A stretch of 64,000 nucleotides of DNA from an uncultured bacterium. GTDB taxonomy: Bacteria > Acidobacteriota > Thermoanaerobaculia > Multivoradales > JAHZIX01. The notes beneath the pieces were generated by a model. That model was given only the letters and a program-made list of their open reading frames with translations. It had not been told where the DNA came from and searched no databases. The position numbers and the translations under genes were made by a program. Below are positions 49,349-60,800 of this stretch, piece by piece. The first letter of the stretch is position 1, and every line of letters starts with the position of its first letter. Location of the stretch: assembly GCA_965368975.1 (NCBI GenBank), contig CBDUPA010000002.1:384001-448000 (forward strand), given 5' to 3'.

Positions 49349-50956
49349 TCAGACCTCTTCCTGGTGCGAAGGGGGTTGTGAGGAACTCTCCGCGGCAGCG
49401 CTCGTAGCAGCGGTGCGCGCGGCTACCGCCGCCAGCGCTCCGCAGAGTTCTGCGTGATCGGAGAAAGGGGTCTTGACGCCGCCGATGTCCTGGGTCGCTT
49501 CGTGCCCCTTGCCGGCCACCAGCACCAGAGCCTCGGGCGGCGCCAGCTCGATGGCAAGCCGGATCGCCCGGCGGCGGTCGGGTTCGACCAGATAGTGAGG
49601 ATTGCCACTGGCCTCCAGGCCCTCTTCGACTTGCGCCAGGATGCGTTGCGGATCCTCGCCGCGCGGATTGTCGTTGGTGGCGATCGGCAGCTCGGACAGC
49701 TCACCAGCGATGCGCCCCATCGGCACCCGCTTGTCACGATCACGGTCCCCACCGCAGCCAAAGACCACGACCACGGGGCGTCGGCCGAACGGCGTCTCGG
49801 CCAGCTCGCGCAAGGCGCGCAACGCGGCTTCGAGAGCGGCCGGCGTGTGCGCGTAGTCGACGAAAGCCGGCGGTGCCTGGCCTGGCGGCGTCACCAATTC
49901 CAGGCGTCCGGGGACCGGCGGGAAGGTAGCGATCGCCTGCAAGACGGGACTGGTGTCCAGCTCCAGCGCTTCGGCCACGGCCAGCGCCGCCAGGAGGTTC
50001 TCCAGGTTGAAGCTACCCACCAGTTGGCCTTCGAAGTCGTGATCGCCGCGCGGCGTACGCAGCCGCCCCCGGCTACCCTGGACCGTCATGTCGGCGTCTT
50101 CAATGGTCACGTCGGCACCCAGCTCCGCAGCGACGCCATAGGTCAAGACTCGGGTCCCCTGCTGCTGCAGCATGTCGCGCAGCCTACGACCCCAGGCGTC
50201 ACCAAGGTGCACCACCGCGGTACCGCCGGCTTTCAGTTGCTCGAACAGCCGCTGCTTGGCCGCGAAGTAGCGCTCGAAGTCACCGTGGTAGTCGAGATGG
50301 TCGTGCGTCAGATTGGTGAACACGGCGACGTCGAAGGTCGCACCATGGACACGTCCCTGGTCGAGACCGATCGACGAGACCTCCATCGCCGCCGCTTCGG
50401 CACCGGCCGCGCGCATCGCGCGCAGCATGCGGAACAGATCCGTAGCCTCGGGCGTCGTGCGCCCGGTTCCCCAGCCTTCGCGGCTGAAGTCACGATTGGC
50501 GAAGCGGTAGCCGAGGGTACCGAGCACACCCGCGGGCCGGCCGGCGGCCTCCAGCATCGCTGCACACAGCGCTGCGACCGTCGACTTGCCATTGGTGCCG
50601 GTGATGCCGACCAGGGTCAGCTCGCGGTCTGGATGGCCATAGATCTCGGCTGCCAGCGGCCCCAACCACGGACGCGGGTCCTCACTCGTGCGGATCCACG
50701 GCAGCTGCGCTCCGGCCGCGAGAGAGGCGAGCGCTTCGGGCTCGCCTTCAGCCAGTACCGCGACCGCACCGCGGGCGACTGCGGCGGCAGCATGCTGGCG
50801 GCCATCGACGTGCGCTCCAGAGAGGGCCACGAACAGCTCGCCTGGACCTACGCTACGCGAATCGTGGCTGATGCCCACAACGTCGAGGGTCGCCAGCTGC
50901 TGGGACAGCTCGGCGACCGACAGAGGAACGGCGTTCAGCGCATCTCGCAGAGTCAT
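49349..50956 (-). CDS. murE: UDP-MurNAc-dipeptide diamino acid ligase
   Basis: HDSR, GITGTNGKST, DHLDYH, VDYAHTP, GCGGDRD, DNPR (DAP-type motif), AGKGHE; ATGA overlap with ftsI. Confidence 0.95.
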   Translation of the reverse strand: MTLRDALNAVPLSVAELSQQLATLDVVGISHDSRSVGPGELFVALSGAHVDGRQHAAAAVARGAVAVLAEGEPEALASLAAGAQLPWIRTSEDPRPWLGPLAAEIYGHPDRELTLVGITGTNGKSTVAALCAAMLEAAGRPAGVLGTLGYRFANRDFSREGWGTGRTTPEATDLFRMLRAMRAAGAEAAAMEVSSIGLDQGRVHGATFDVAVFTNLTHDHLDYHGDFERYFAAKQRLFEQLKAGGTAVVHLGDAWGRRLRDMLQQQGTRVLTYGVAAELGADVTIEDADMTVQGSRGRLRTPRGDHDFEGQLVGSFNLENLLAALAVAEALELDTSPVLQAIATFPPVPGRLELVTPPGQAPPAFVDYAHTPAALEAALRALRELAETPFGRRPVVVVFGCGGDRDRDKRVPMGRIAGELSELPIATNDNPRGEDPQRILAQVEEGLEASGNPHYLVEPDRRRAIRLAIELAPPEALVLVAGKGHEATQDIGGVKTPFSDHAELCGALAAVAARTAATSAAAESSSQPPSHQEEV

Positions 50957-52728
50957 GGTGCCCCCCTGGCACGGACACCACCGGCCAGGACAGTACCGGG
51001 CAGCGGCGGTACCGCGTGGCGAGCGACTTGCTGCTGACCAGGCCACGCGGTGGCTGGTGAGACGTCCGGCGGTACGCCGAGGTAGAGCAGGGAGCGGTGG
51101 ACGATGCGGGCAAAGACGGGTGCCGCCACTTGACCGCCGTAACGTCCGTTGCGCGGCGCATGCAGCACGACGATGCCGGCCACCGCCGGCGCTCCAGCGG
51201 GTGCGAAACCGGCGAAGCTGGCCGAGCGCTTCCAGTCCGAGTAGGCGCCGAGTTCGGTATCGAAGATCTCACCGGTACCCGTTTTGCCGGCGACACGGTA
51301 GCCCGGGATCGCCGCTGCCTTGCCGCCGCCATCGGTGACCACGAGTTCGAGCACCTCCCGCAACTCCTCGACCACGCGCGGCGGTGCCACTCGACGAATC
51401 ACCGTCCGCCAGCCGCGCGGCTCGCGCTCGCCAGCCACCCGGTGCACCACATAGGGGCGCAGCAGGTTGCCGCCGTTGGCCAGCGCCGCAAAGGCGTTGG
51501 CCATCTGCAACGGTGTCACCGACAGGCCCTGGCCGAAGCTCAGGTAGGCCGACTGGTCGGGTGTCCACGACGACACCGGAGCCAGGCTGCCGACCGCCTC
51601 ACCACCCAGGTCGATTCCAGTACGCTCGCCGAAACCGAAGTCGCGAATGGTGCGGTAGAAGTCCGCCTCCTCCATTTGCTGGGCGACCTTGATCATGCCG
51701 ATGTTGCTCGAGTGAGCCATCACTTCTCGAAAGGACAACCAGCCGAAGGGACGGTGGTCGTGAATGGTGAGCAGCGTGCCTCGAGCACCGCGCACGCGGA
51801 TCGAGCCCATCTGACAGTCGATCCGCTCGTCGAGATCCACGGTGTCGCGAGCCCGGGCAGCGGCGGCGGTGACCACCTTGAAGGTCGAGCCCGGCTCATA
51901 GGCGTCGGTGATCGCACGGTTGCGCCAGGCATCCTTCTGCCCTTGGAAAGCGTTGGGGTCGAAGTCCGGGTAGTTGGCCATTGCCAGCACGGCACCGCTA
52001 TTGGGGTCGAGCAACACAACGCTGCCGCTCTCCGCCTGGTGCTCCTCGACGGCTTCGCGTAGCGCCTGCTCGGCGAAAAATTGGATACTGGCGTCGATCG
52101 TCAGGTAGACGTCACTGCCCAGTTCGACGTCGGGCAGGAAGCTGTGCACCGTCTCGCGACGACCGTCACGGACCAGCTGCTTGCGCTTGCCGCGAGGGTC
52201 GCCAGCGAGCACGTCTTCAAGATGAGCTTCGAGCCCTTCCAGGCCCTGGCCGTCAACGCCGGCGAAGCCGAGCACCGGTCCGGCGGACGCCGCCATCGGA
52301 TAATAGCGACGGTACTCCCGCGTCACGTGCACATCCGCCAGCTCGGCAGCGGCGACGCGCTCGGCCACATCCGGCGACACCTGCCGCTGCAGCCAGATGA
52401 AGCGCCCCGCCCCGGACAGCAGCTCTTCCAGCTCGGCCGCCGGCTGCTGCAGGAGCGGCGCAAGGACTTCGGCGGTACCGTGCGCATCCTCGACCTGGGC
52501 GGGATCAGCGAACAGCGAATCGCTCTGCACGGAGATCGCCAGAATGCGCCCGCGTGCATCGTGGACCGTGCCTCGCGGCAGCTGGATTGCCACGAGGCGC
52601 TGCTGCTGGCGCGCGGCACGCTCGGCATAGGCTTCGCGGTCGACCAGCTGCAACTGCACCAAGCGCGCCAGGATCAGCAACGACCACAGGGCGAACAGTA
52701 CCAACACCAGCGCCAGACGGCGGCTCAT
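50953..52728 (-). CDS. ftsI: Class B penicillin-binding protein (FtsI/PBP3)
   Basis: N-terminal TM, RG.I.D, RYYP, GLE, SxxK (PGSTFK), SSN, KTGT. Confidence 0.92.
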   Translation of the reverse strand: MSRRLALVLVLFALWSLLILARLVQLQLVDREAYAERAARQQQRLVAIQLPRGTVHDARGRILAISVQSDSLFADPAQVEDAHGTAEVLAPLLQQPAAELEELLSGAGRFIWLQRQVSPDVAERVAAAELADVHVTREYRRYYPMAASAGPVLGFAGVDGQGLEGLEAHLEDVLAGDPRGKRKQLVRDGRRETVHSFLPDVELGSDVYLTIDASIQFFAEQALREAVEEHQAESGSVVLLDPNSGAVLAMANYPDFDPNAFQGQKDAWRNRAITDAYEPGSTFKVVTAAAARARDTVDLDERIDCQMGSIRVRGARGTLLTIHDHRPFGWLSFREVMAHSSNIGMIKVAQQMEEADFYRTIRDFGFGERTGIDLGGEAVGSLAPVSSWTPDQSAYLSFGQGLSVTPLQMANAFAALANGGNLLRPYVVHRVAGEREPRGWRTVIRRVAPPRVVEELREVLELVVTDGGGKAAAIPGYRVAGKTGTGEIFDTELGAYSDWKRSASFAGFAPAGAPAVAGIVVLHAPRNGRYGGQVAAPVFARIVHRSLLYLGVPPDVSPATAWPGQQQVARHAVPPLPGTVLAGGVRARGAP

Positions 52729-53108
52729 GGTGTGGCTCCCATCGACGCGGGCTCGGCGCGACCGTAGCGGTCGGCCGGCATGGTCACCAACTGCTCCGGC
52801 GTCGGCGGCCGCATCCCCAGCAATTCGGTGGCCAGACGCTCCACCCGCCGCGGCGTCGACAACGCCGCCGCCTGCTGATGCAGAGCGCGCTCTTGCTGCT
52901 GCACCTCGTCGAGTTCACGCTGCAGCTCGGTGACGTCGTAGCCCACCTGCCGAATCTGCGCCTGGAGATGGATCTGCGCCAGCAGCAGTGCCACCAACGG
53001 CAGCACCACAACCAGGATCCACCACAGTTCCCGGCGCCGGCGGCGGTCCCGCTGGCGTACCAGGAAGGTGTTGTGCACCTCGCGATCGACGGCGTAGATA
53101 CGACTCAC
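52725..53108 (-). CDS. ftsL: Cell division protein FtsL
   Basis: TM plus leucine zipper and RVERLATELLGM; between rsmH and ftsI; GTGA overlap. Confidence 0.85.
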   Translation of the reverse strand: MSRIYAVDREVHNTFLVRQRDRRRRRELWWILVVVLPLVALLLAQIHLQAQIRQVGYDVTELQRELDEVQQQERALHQQAAALSTPRRVERLATELLGMRPPTPEQLVTMPADRYGRAEPASMGATP

Positions 53109-54115
53109 AGAGCTCCTTTGCCTCCTGGCAGCCGCTGACCTTCGAGGGCCTCCACGTCGCGACGGCGGGCAGCGCGCAGACGTGCGGAGCGGCACCGCGG
53201 GTTGCGCTCGATTTCCTCTTCCGAGGGGCGGATCGGCTTGCGGGTCAAGGCTTCGATCAGCTGGGTCTCGGCCCGGGCACGGCCGGTCACCATGTCGACT
53301 TCACCCCGCGCCAAGCCGCGCAGCGTGCGCTTGACGATGCGGTCTTCCAGGCTGTGGTACGAGATCATCACCAGCCGTCCGTCGGGCTCGAGCAGGCGCA
53401 GAGTGTCTTCCAGGTACTGCTCCAGACCGGCCAACTCCTGGTTGACCTCAATGCGCAATGCCTGGAACACCTGCGTCGCCGGGTCGATACGCTCTTTCTT
53501 CCAAGCTGGGCGTCGGCCCTTGGCTGCGATGACCGCCTCGCGTAGCTGCTCGGTCGTGGCCAAAGGGGCCTCTTCGCGCGACGCCACGAGCGCCCGCGCG
53601 ATTCGCCGCGCCTGCCTCTCCTCACCGTAGTCGCGAAAGATCCGTTCCAATTCGGCCTCCGAGTAGTGATGGACGATGTCGGCGGCCGTCTGCTCGTCGC
53701 GCGTCCCCATTCGCATGTCGAGGGGGCCGTCGAAACGGAAGCTGAAGCCGCGCCGGGCTGTATCGAGTTGCAACGACGAAACGCCGAGATCCGCGAGCAC
53801 GGCTCGCGGTCGCTCGGGAGAGACACCCTCGGGCGCCGACGTCTTCAAGATGGATTCGAGCTGATGGAAGTTGCCCTCCACCAAGCGCAGCCGATCGCCG
53901 AAGCCCGCCAGCTCCCGCTCGCAGTGAGCCAACGCCTCCGGGTCGCGGTCGATCCCCAGGCAACGTGCCTGGGGGCAAGCTTCGAGCAGGGCTCGCGTGT
54001 GGCCGCCGAGCCCCAATGTGCAATCCACGAACAGCCCGTCGGGCCGCCCATCGAAGGCCGGAATCAACAGGTCCAACGTCTCTTGCAAGAGGACCGGAAT
54101 GTGTTGCGCCGCCAT
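53105..54115 (-). CDS. rsmH: 16S rRNA C1402 N4-methyltransferase
   Basis: HIPVLL, DCTLGLGGH, DLGVSSLQLD, PLDMRM, FQALRIEVN, SYHSLEDRIVK. Confidence 0.97.
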   Translation of the reverse strand: MAAQHIPVLLQETLDLLIPAFDGRPDGLFVDCTLGLGGHTRALLEACPQARCLGIDRDPEALAHCERELAGFGDRLRLVEGNFHQLESILKTSAPEGVSPERPRAVLADLGVSSLQLDTARRGFSFRFDGPLDMRMGTRDEQTAADIVHHYSEAELERIFRDYGEERQARRIARALVASREEAPLATTEQLREAVIAAKGRRPAWKKERIDPATQVFQALRIEVNQELAGLEQYLEDTLRLLEPDGRLVMISYHSLEDRIVKRTLRGLARGEVDMVTGRARAETQLIEALTRKPIRPSEEEIERNPRCRSARLRAARRRDVEALEGQRLPGGKGAL

Positions 54116-54138
54116 GGCTCACCTTTGCGCTCCGCGCT

Positions 54139-54579
54139 TCAGATGCCATGCTCGTTGAGGACCTGGTAGTCCTCGTCGGTGAAGGGCTCCTCCTCGAGAC
54201 GGGTCTCGATGTGGTCACGATTCCACACCACCAAGTGGTCGAGTTGAGCACTGACCACGACGTCACCGTTCATCCCGGCGCTCTCGCGCAGGAGCTGCGG
54301 CAGCAGCAAACGGCCCTGGCCGTCGAGCTTGACCTGTTGACCGAAGTAGTTCACCCGCTGCAGGAAGCGGCGCCGGGAAGGGTTACTGGCGGGGAGAGCG
54401 GCCAGACGGCCTTCGATCTGCTCCCAGACCTCCAACGGATAGAGCAGCGCGCTGTCACCATGGATGGAAGTGACGAACAGCTCGTCGCCGTAGCGATCGG
54501 ACAGCTGGCGGCGAAAGTCCGTGGGGACTTTCAGTCTGCCTTTGTCGTCGATCTTGGCTGGTGAGCTGCCGCGAAACAT
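54139..54579 (-). CDS. mraZ: Division/cell wall cluster repressor MraZ
   Basis: MFRG...IDDKGRLKVP and LDGQGRLLLP duplicated motifs. Confidence 0.96.
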   Translation of the reverse strand: MFRGSSPAKIDDKGRLKVPTDFRRQLSDRYGDELFVTSIHGDSALLYPLEVWEQIEGRLAALPASNPSRRRFLQRVNYFGQQVKLDGQGRLLLPQLLRESAGMNGDVVVSAQLDHLVVWNRDHIETRLEEEPFTDEDYQVLNEHGI

Positions 54580-54703
54580 AATCCGTTACCCGCTGGCGCC
54601 GGCAGGAAGTTGGAAACCCCGCTTCGAGGACGTCGTCTCCGCCCTCCTCTGTGCCTCTACTGATTCCCGTAGACCCGCTGCCCGCGCAGGTTAGAGTTGG
54701 CGC

Positions 54704-54763
54704 AGTCTACCACCGACCCCCACTTTTGTCTATTTTCTTCCACCCGCGACCACTCTTGACCAC
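54704..54763 (-). promoter_or_regulatory. dcw promoter with MraZ-binding GTGG-N6 repeats
   Basis: CCAC on the plus strand at 54710, 54720, 54740, 54750, 54760 (10-bp phase); overlapping minus-strand TAGACA-N17-TAGACT (54732 to 54704). Confidence 0.8.
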
Positions 54764-54864
54764 AAGTACTTCATAAAACCACAGATGCGGTGCTCTCGTC
54801 GAGTCGCGTTATGCTGTGCAACCACCCAGTTCGGGCTTCGCAGACGGATGAAAGAGACCTCCAG

Positions 54865-57800
54865 TTGACCCAAGACAGCTCGTCTCAGCAAGGCTTTCGC
54901 TGTTCGCCGCAGCAACTGCGCGCCTGGCGCACGGCGGCATCCGGCTGTCTACTCGCCGTGCCCTGGCCAGCCTACCGGCCGCGACAGCTGCAGCAGCGGC
55001 TGAACGCCACCGTCGACCGCCACGAAATCCTGCGCACGCGCGTCGAACTGCCGGAGGGTACCGCGGAACCGGAGCAAGTCCTCGACGAGTGCGGCAGCCT
55101 GCACCTCGTGACGCTCGACCTACGGCGACTGAGCGAGGTGGACGCCGAGCAGATGTTGCCACGCCTGCTTGGCGGACGAGCACCGGTCGTGCTGCGAGTC
55201 CCGGGACCGAAGGCACCTCGACTGGTGCTGGCGCTGCCAGCGACGCTCGGCGACCTGCATAGTCTCGAGCTGTGGGCAGCGGAGCTGGGGGCGATGCATG
55301 AGGAAGCGGAAGAGCCGGAAGAGCCGGTCCAGTACGCGGACGTCGCGGAGGTGTTCCAGCAGCTGCTGGAGTCCGAGGAGACGGCGGAGGGACGGTCGTT
55401 CTGGGATGGGAAGGTGGTCGAGGACCAGCTAGCGGAGATGCCGCCCTCACACCCAGGGCACCCACAGGGAGGCGCCCCTACAGCGGGCACCACTCCGGCA
55501 CCTACCACCTCGGCATTGGCGGAATCGACGCTCCTCGCCACCTACCTGCTCTGGCTCCACCACCTCACCGGACGCGTACGACGCACCCTCGCCGTGCGCC
55601 GCGACGGTCGCGGGCACCCCGGGCTCGACACCGCGCTCGGCCCCTTCGCCCGCTACCTGCCACTCACCGTCACCTACCACCCCGACCTTACCTGGACCTC
55701 TTGGGTCGAGCACGTCGAGGCGGAACTGCGCCAGCTCGACGCGCGGCAGGACTACTTCGATCCGGCACGACTGGGCACCAGCGCTGACGAGGCGTATTTT
55801 CTGCCGTTTCGTTTCGACATCGTCCCGGAAGTTCCTGGCTACCAGCCCACTCTGGCGCTCGACCTCGGCGAACCCTGCCACCTGGGCCTGAGCTGCCGCC
55901 GACAAGGTGCCGGCAGGGAAAGAGAAGGAACCTGGGAGACAACCTGGATCCACGATCCACGCATCTATCCACAAGACGAGGCGGACAAGCTGGCGCGCAG
56001 CTTCACCCAGCTACTCGACGCCTGCGTGAGCGCTCCGGCTAGCACTCGGCTGCCGCCCCTCGTCGAGGTTCTCGACGCCGCGACGCTGCCGATCCTCTAC
56101 GAACCGTCCCCGTTGCCGGATCGCATCGTGCCACTGGCTCGACCCGAGCGCGTGCCGGCATCGTTCGCCCAGCAGCGGCTGTGGCTGGTCGATCGCCTGC
56201 ATCCCGGCTCGGCCATCTACAACCTGCCCCAGGCGTCGCGGCTGCGCGGACCGCTGCAGCTCAATCGCTTGCAGGCCGCGCTCGATACGGTCGTACAGCG
56301 GCACGAGTCCCTGCGCACCGTCTTCGAGGAGCACGATGGCGCGCCGTGGCAGCGCATCCTGCCGCCGTACCATCTGCCCTTGCCGATCGTCGACCTCTCT
56401 GCACTGCCCGAGTCGCGACGCTGGCAGCTGGGCCACGTACTGGCGGCGCGCGAGGCGCGGCGCCCCTTCGATCTGCGCCATGACCCCATGCTGCGAGGCT
56501 TGCTGCTACGCCTGCACACGGACGAGAAGCAAGCGAACGACCACGCCCTGCTGCTGACCCTACATCACATCGCCGGCGACGGCTGGTCCTTGCCGATCCT
56601 GCAGCGCGAGATCGCGACGCTCGCGGCCGGCGGTCCGCGGGCGTTGCCACGCCTACACGTCCAGTACGCGGATTTCACCCTCTGGCAGCGCGCACGGCTG
56701 CAGGGAGCTCACCTGCAGACTCTGCTCGACTGGTGGCGCCGGCAGCTGGCCGAGCAACCAGAGTCCCTCTCCTTGCCCTTCGACCACGCACACAAGCGCG
56801 ACCACAAAGGCCGTCCCATCGCCCCGACCCGCGGCGGCAACCATCGCCACGTGCTGTCGCCAGAGCTGGCTGGGGCCCTCCAAGACCTGGCCGCGACCGC
56901 TGGCGCCAGCTACTTCATGGTGCTGCTGGCAGCGCTGCACGCCTGGTTGAGCCGCATCACCGGCCAGCGCCACGTGGCCGTCGGCAGCGCGACCGCCGGC
57001 CGTGACCGCGTCGAGATCGAGGGGTTGATCGGCTTCTTCGTCAACACGCTGGTGCTGCCGGCCGACCTGGGTTCCGGAAGCGGCCCGAGCTGCTGCCGGC
57101 CGAGCTTCCGGGATCTCCTCGGCCAAGCTCGCAACACCGCACTCGAAGCACAGGCTCACGCCGAGATCCCCTTCGAGCGACTGGTCGCCGAGCTGGCTCC
57201 TCGACGCAGTGCCGACGACGCACCGCTGGTGCAAGTCATGCTGGTGGTGCAGAACCTACCCCAGCAAGCCACCTCTGCAACACCAACTTCGGACACTGCC
57301 GGCGGCCTGCGCCTGGAAGGCCTGCCGAGCGATTCCGTGACGGATGAGGCGGACACCAAGCAGGACTTTCCCGCCCGCTTCGACCTGACCCTCACCGCCG
57401 ATGTCCCGGTACCCGGCCAGGGCGGCTGGCTCAGCCTGACCTACCGCCGTTCGCGCTTCGACTCGACCACCGCGCAGCGGTGCTTGGCACAGCTGGTCCA
57501 GATGCTGCGTGCCGCCGTGGCACGCCCGGACACGGCGGTCGCCGAGCTGGCCCTGTTCGATGCCGGCCAACAACACCAGCTGCTACACGAGTGGAGCCAG
57601 CAAGACGGCCCGCGCTTCGATGTCGACCTGCTCGCGGACAGCTCCCGTGGCAGCGGCACGCTGGCGCGCGATTCCACGACGCTGGCGGGGGTGCTGCCCC
57701 GACAGGTACGGCGCTGGCCCGACGCCATCGCCGTGGTCGACGGCCGGCGCCACCTCAGCTACAACCGCCTTCTCGTCGAAGCCGAGCGGGTCGCGGCTCG

Positions 57801-60800
57801 ACTGCACACGCTCGGCCTCCCGACGAACGAGGAAGCGGTCGCGGTCCTCACCGCCGGCCGCCCCGAGCCAGTGGCCCTACTGGCCGTTTACCTGGCGGGC
57901 GCCGCCTTCCTGCCGCTGGACGCCGACCAGCCACCAGCGCGCCTGGCCCGCATCCTCGACGACGCCCGTCCGTGCGCCGCCCTGCTTCCTCCCGGCACCG
58001 AGGACCGACTCCCCTCGGATCCCGAGATTCCGCATCGCCTGGCACTCACTCCCGACAGCTCAGCGAGCGAGCCTGTACTTCGGACGAAGCACGGCACGCC
58101 CCACCCGGACCAGCTGGCCTACGTCATCTACACCTCCGGTACCACCGGCCGCCCCAAGGCCGCCGGCAACACCCACCGCGGCATCTTGCCGTTCCTCGCC
58201 TGGGTGCTGGAAACCTATCCGCTGCGCCGCGGCTGGCGCACGCTACCGCACCTATCTCCCGCCTTCGACGTCGGCTTCCTCGAACTGAGCAGTACCCTGC
58301 TGGCCGGCGGCACCCTGGTGCTCGCGCCTGAGCGCGACCTGCGACGGATGGCGCGTTGGATCGAGCGCTGGAGCATCCAGATCGTGCACGGCACGCCGTC
58401 GTCGCTCACTGAGATCGTCGAGGCGGCGCGACGTGAGCGGCGCAGCCTGCACAGCCTGCGCGTGGTCGACGTCGCCGGGGAGGCCTTCCCGCTGGCGTTG
58501 CAGGAGAAGCTGCAAAGCACGCTCGCACCCGATTGCCGGATCTGGAACCTCTACGGCCCGAGCGAAGCCTCGATCGCCTGCACCGCCTACCTGCTGCCGG
58601 CACACCGACCCGACATCGAGCAAGGCGCACGTGGCAGCGTACCGATCGGCACCGCGCTGGGCAACGCCCGCGTCTTGCTGCTCGATGCTGCCGGACAGCC
58701 GGTGCCGCCCGGGGTCGCTGGGGAACTGTTCGTCGGAGGTGTCGATCTCGGGAACACTGGAACTGGGCTCTCTGAGACGGACTGCACGGGCGTCGGGCGC
58801 GGCTACCTCCGCCGCCCGGCGCGCACCGCCGGCAGCTTCTTGCCCGACGCCTTCTACACTTCCGGCAAAGGCGGCGCGCGCCTCTACCGCACCGGCGACC
58901 TGGTACGCCGCCACGCCGATGGTCGACTCGAGTTTCTCGGCCGCCGCGATCACCAGGTCAAGCTGCGCGGCATCCGGATCGAGATCGGTGAAATCGAAGC
59001 CGCGTTGCACCGCCACCCCAAGGTCGCCGAAGCAGCGGTCGAGCTGCGCCGCGACCTGCCCGGCGGCCCAGCCCTGGTCGCCTTTGTCGTGCCACGCACC
59101 GGGAAGCCGGCGCAGCTCGACAATCCGCGTGCCTTCCTCACGGATCGGCTGCCGGCGGCCATGGTGCCCACTCGCTACCACCACCTCGACGCTCTGCCGC
59201 GCACGCCCAACCGCAAGCTCGACCGCAAGCGGCTCAGGCAGCTCGACCTCGGGCAGATCGACCTCGGGCCCGGACGTAGCGCGCATTCACGGCGCCCCAC
59301 GCTCGACGCGGAGCAAGATCCCCTGCTGGCGACGATCCGCGACGTCTGGGCCACCGTACTGGAGCAGTCCGCGGCATCCATCTCACCGACCGATGACTTC
59401 TTCCAGCTCGGCGGGCACTCGCTGCTCGCCACCCGCGTCGTTGGGCGCCTGCACGAATGCCTGGGCGTCGACCTGCCCTTGCGCTCGATGTTCGACCATC
59501 CAACACTGGAGGCTCTCTCAAAACTAGTAGGAACCAAGCTCAACAAAGACGGACATGGCCAGGAGAGCATCGGCACATCTCTTCCCGCTATCGAGCCCCG
59601 ACCCGACCTTCTAGAGGCCCCGCTGTCCCTTGCGCAGCAGCGCCTGTGGTTCCTCGACCAGCTCGAGCCCGGCGATCCCGCATACAACCTGCCTTCGGCC
59701 CTGCGGCTGCGCGGCCCCTTGAACGTCGAGCGCCTGACCCTTGCCCTGACCCACATATGTGCGCGCCACACCAGCCTGCGCACAGTCTTTCTGAGAGACT
59801 TGAGCAATCTAGAAGACCTCGTCGAGGCAGGCGGAGGCATACCCGCGAAACAGGTCGTCCAGCCCGTGCATCGTCGATCCTTTCCCGTGGTCGACCTGGA
59901 ACGCTTGGCACCGGCGACCCGGCCCCTGGCGCAGCAGCTAATCCTCCAGGAAACCAGCAGACCCTTCGACCTGCGGCACGGCCCCGTGCTGCGCGCCCTG
60001 CTGCTGCGACTCGGGCCGCGCGATCACGCGCTGGTGATCAACCAGCATCACATCGTCTCCGACGGCTGGTCGATGGGCATCCTGACCTCCGAGTTGACCG
60101 CGCTCTACGCCGCCGGCTCCCCGGAAGCGGCACAGCTACCAACTTTGCCGGTGCAGTACACCGACTACGCACGCTGGCAACACGAGCAACTCGGCAAGGC
60201 GGTGCTGCAACGTGACCTCGAGTATTGGCGGCAACGCCTGGACGGTGCACCCGAGCGCTTGCAACTTCCATTCGACCGCCCTCCCCAGGCGCGACCCAGA
60301 CGCGGCGGCGCCACCGTGCCCGTGCGCATCGCGGCCGACGTCGTGGAGACGTTGCACCCCCTCGGCCGCGAGACGAGCGCCACGCTCTTCATGACGCTAC
60401 TGGCCGCCTTCCAAACCTTGTTGGCGCGGCACATCTGCACCGATCACCGCGACACTGATTACAGCGACACTGATTACAGCGACACTGATTACAGCGACAC
60501 TGATCACAGCGACACTAGCCACATCGGTATTGGCGCCAGCACCGCACCACGCTGGGACGTCAGCGTCGGCACACCGCTCGCCGGACGCGCCCGCCCGGAA
60601 CTCGAAGCCTTGATCGGCTTTTTCGTCAGCACCTTGGTGCTACGGGCTCGCCCCCGACCCCGCGAGGGCTTCGTCGAGTTGCTGCGGCGCGTGCGCGACC
60701 ATGCCCTGGATGCACACGCGCACCAACTCTTGCCCTTCGAACGCCTGGTCGAGGCCCTCTCGCCACGGCGCAGCCCGGAGCACACGCCGCTGTTCCAGGT

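Noticed and set aside
38065-52767. Long plus-strand ORFs opposite the dcw genes (e.g. 39254-40600, 41755-43458, 49454-51037)
   Set aside because: High-GC codon-bias shadow ORFs without motifs, fully overlapping conserved genes
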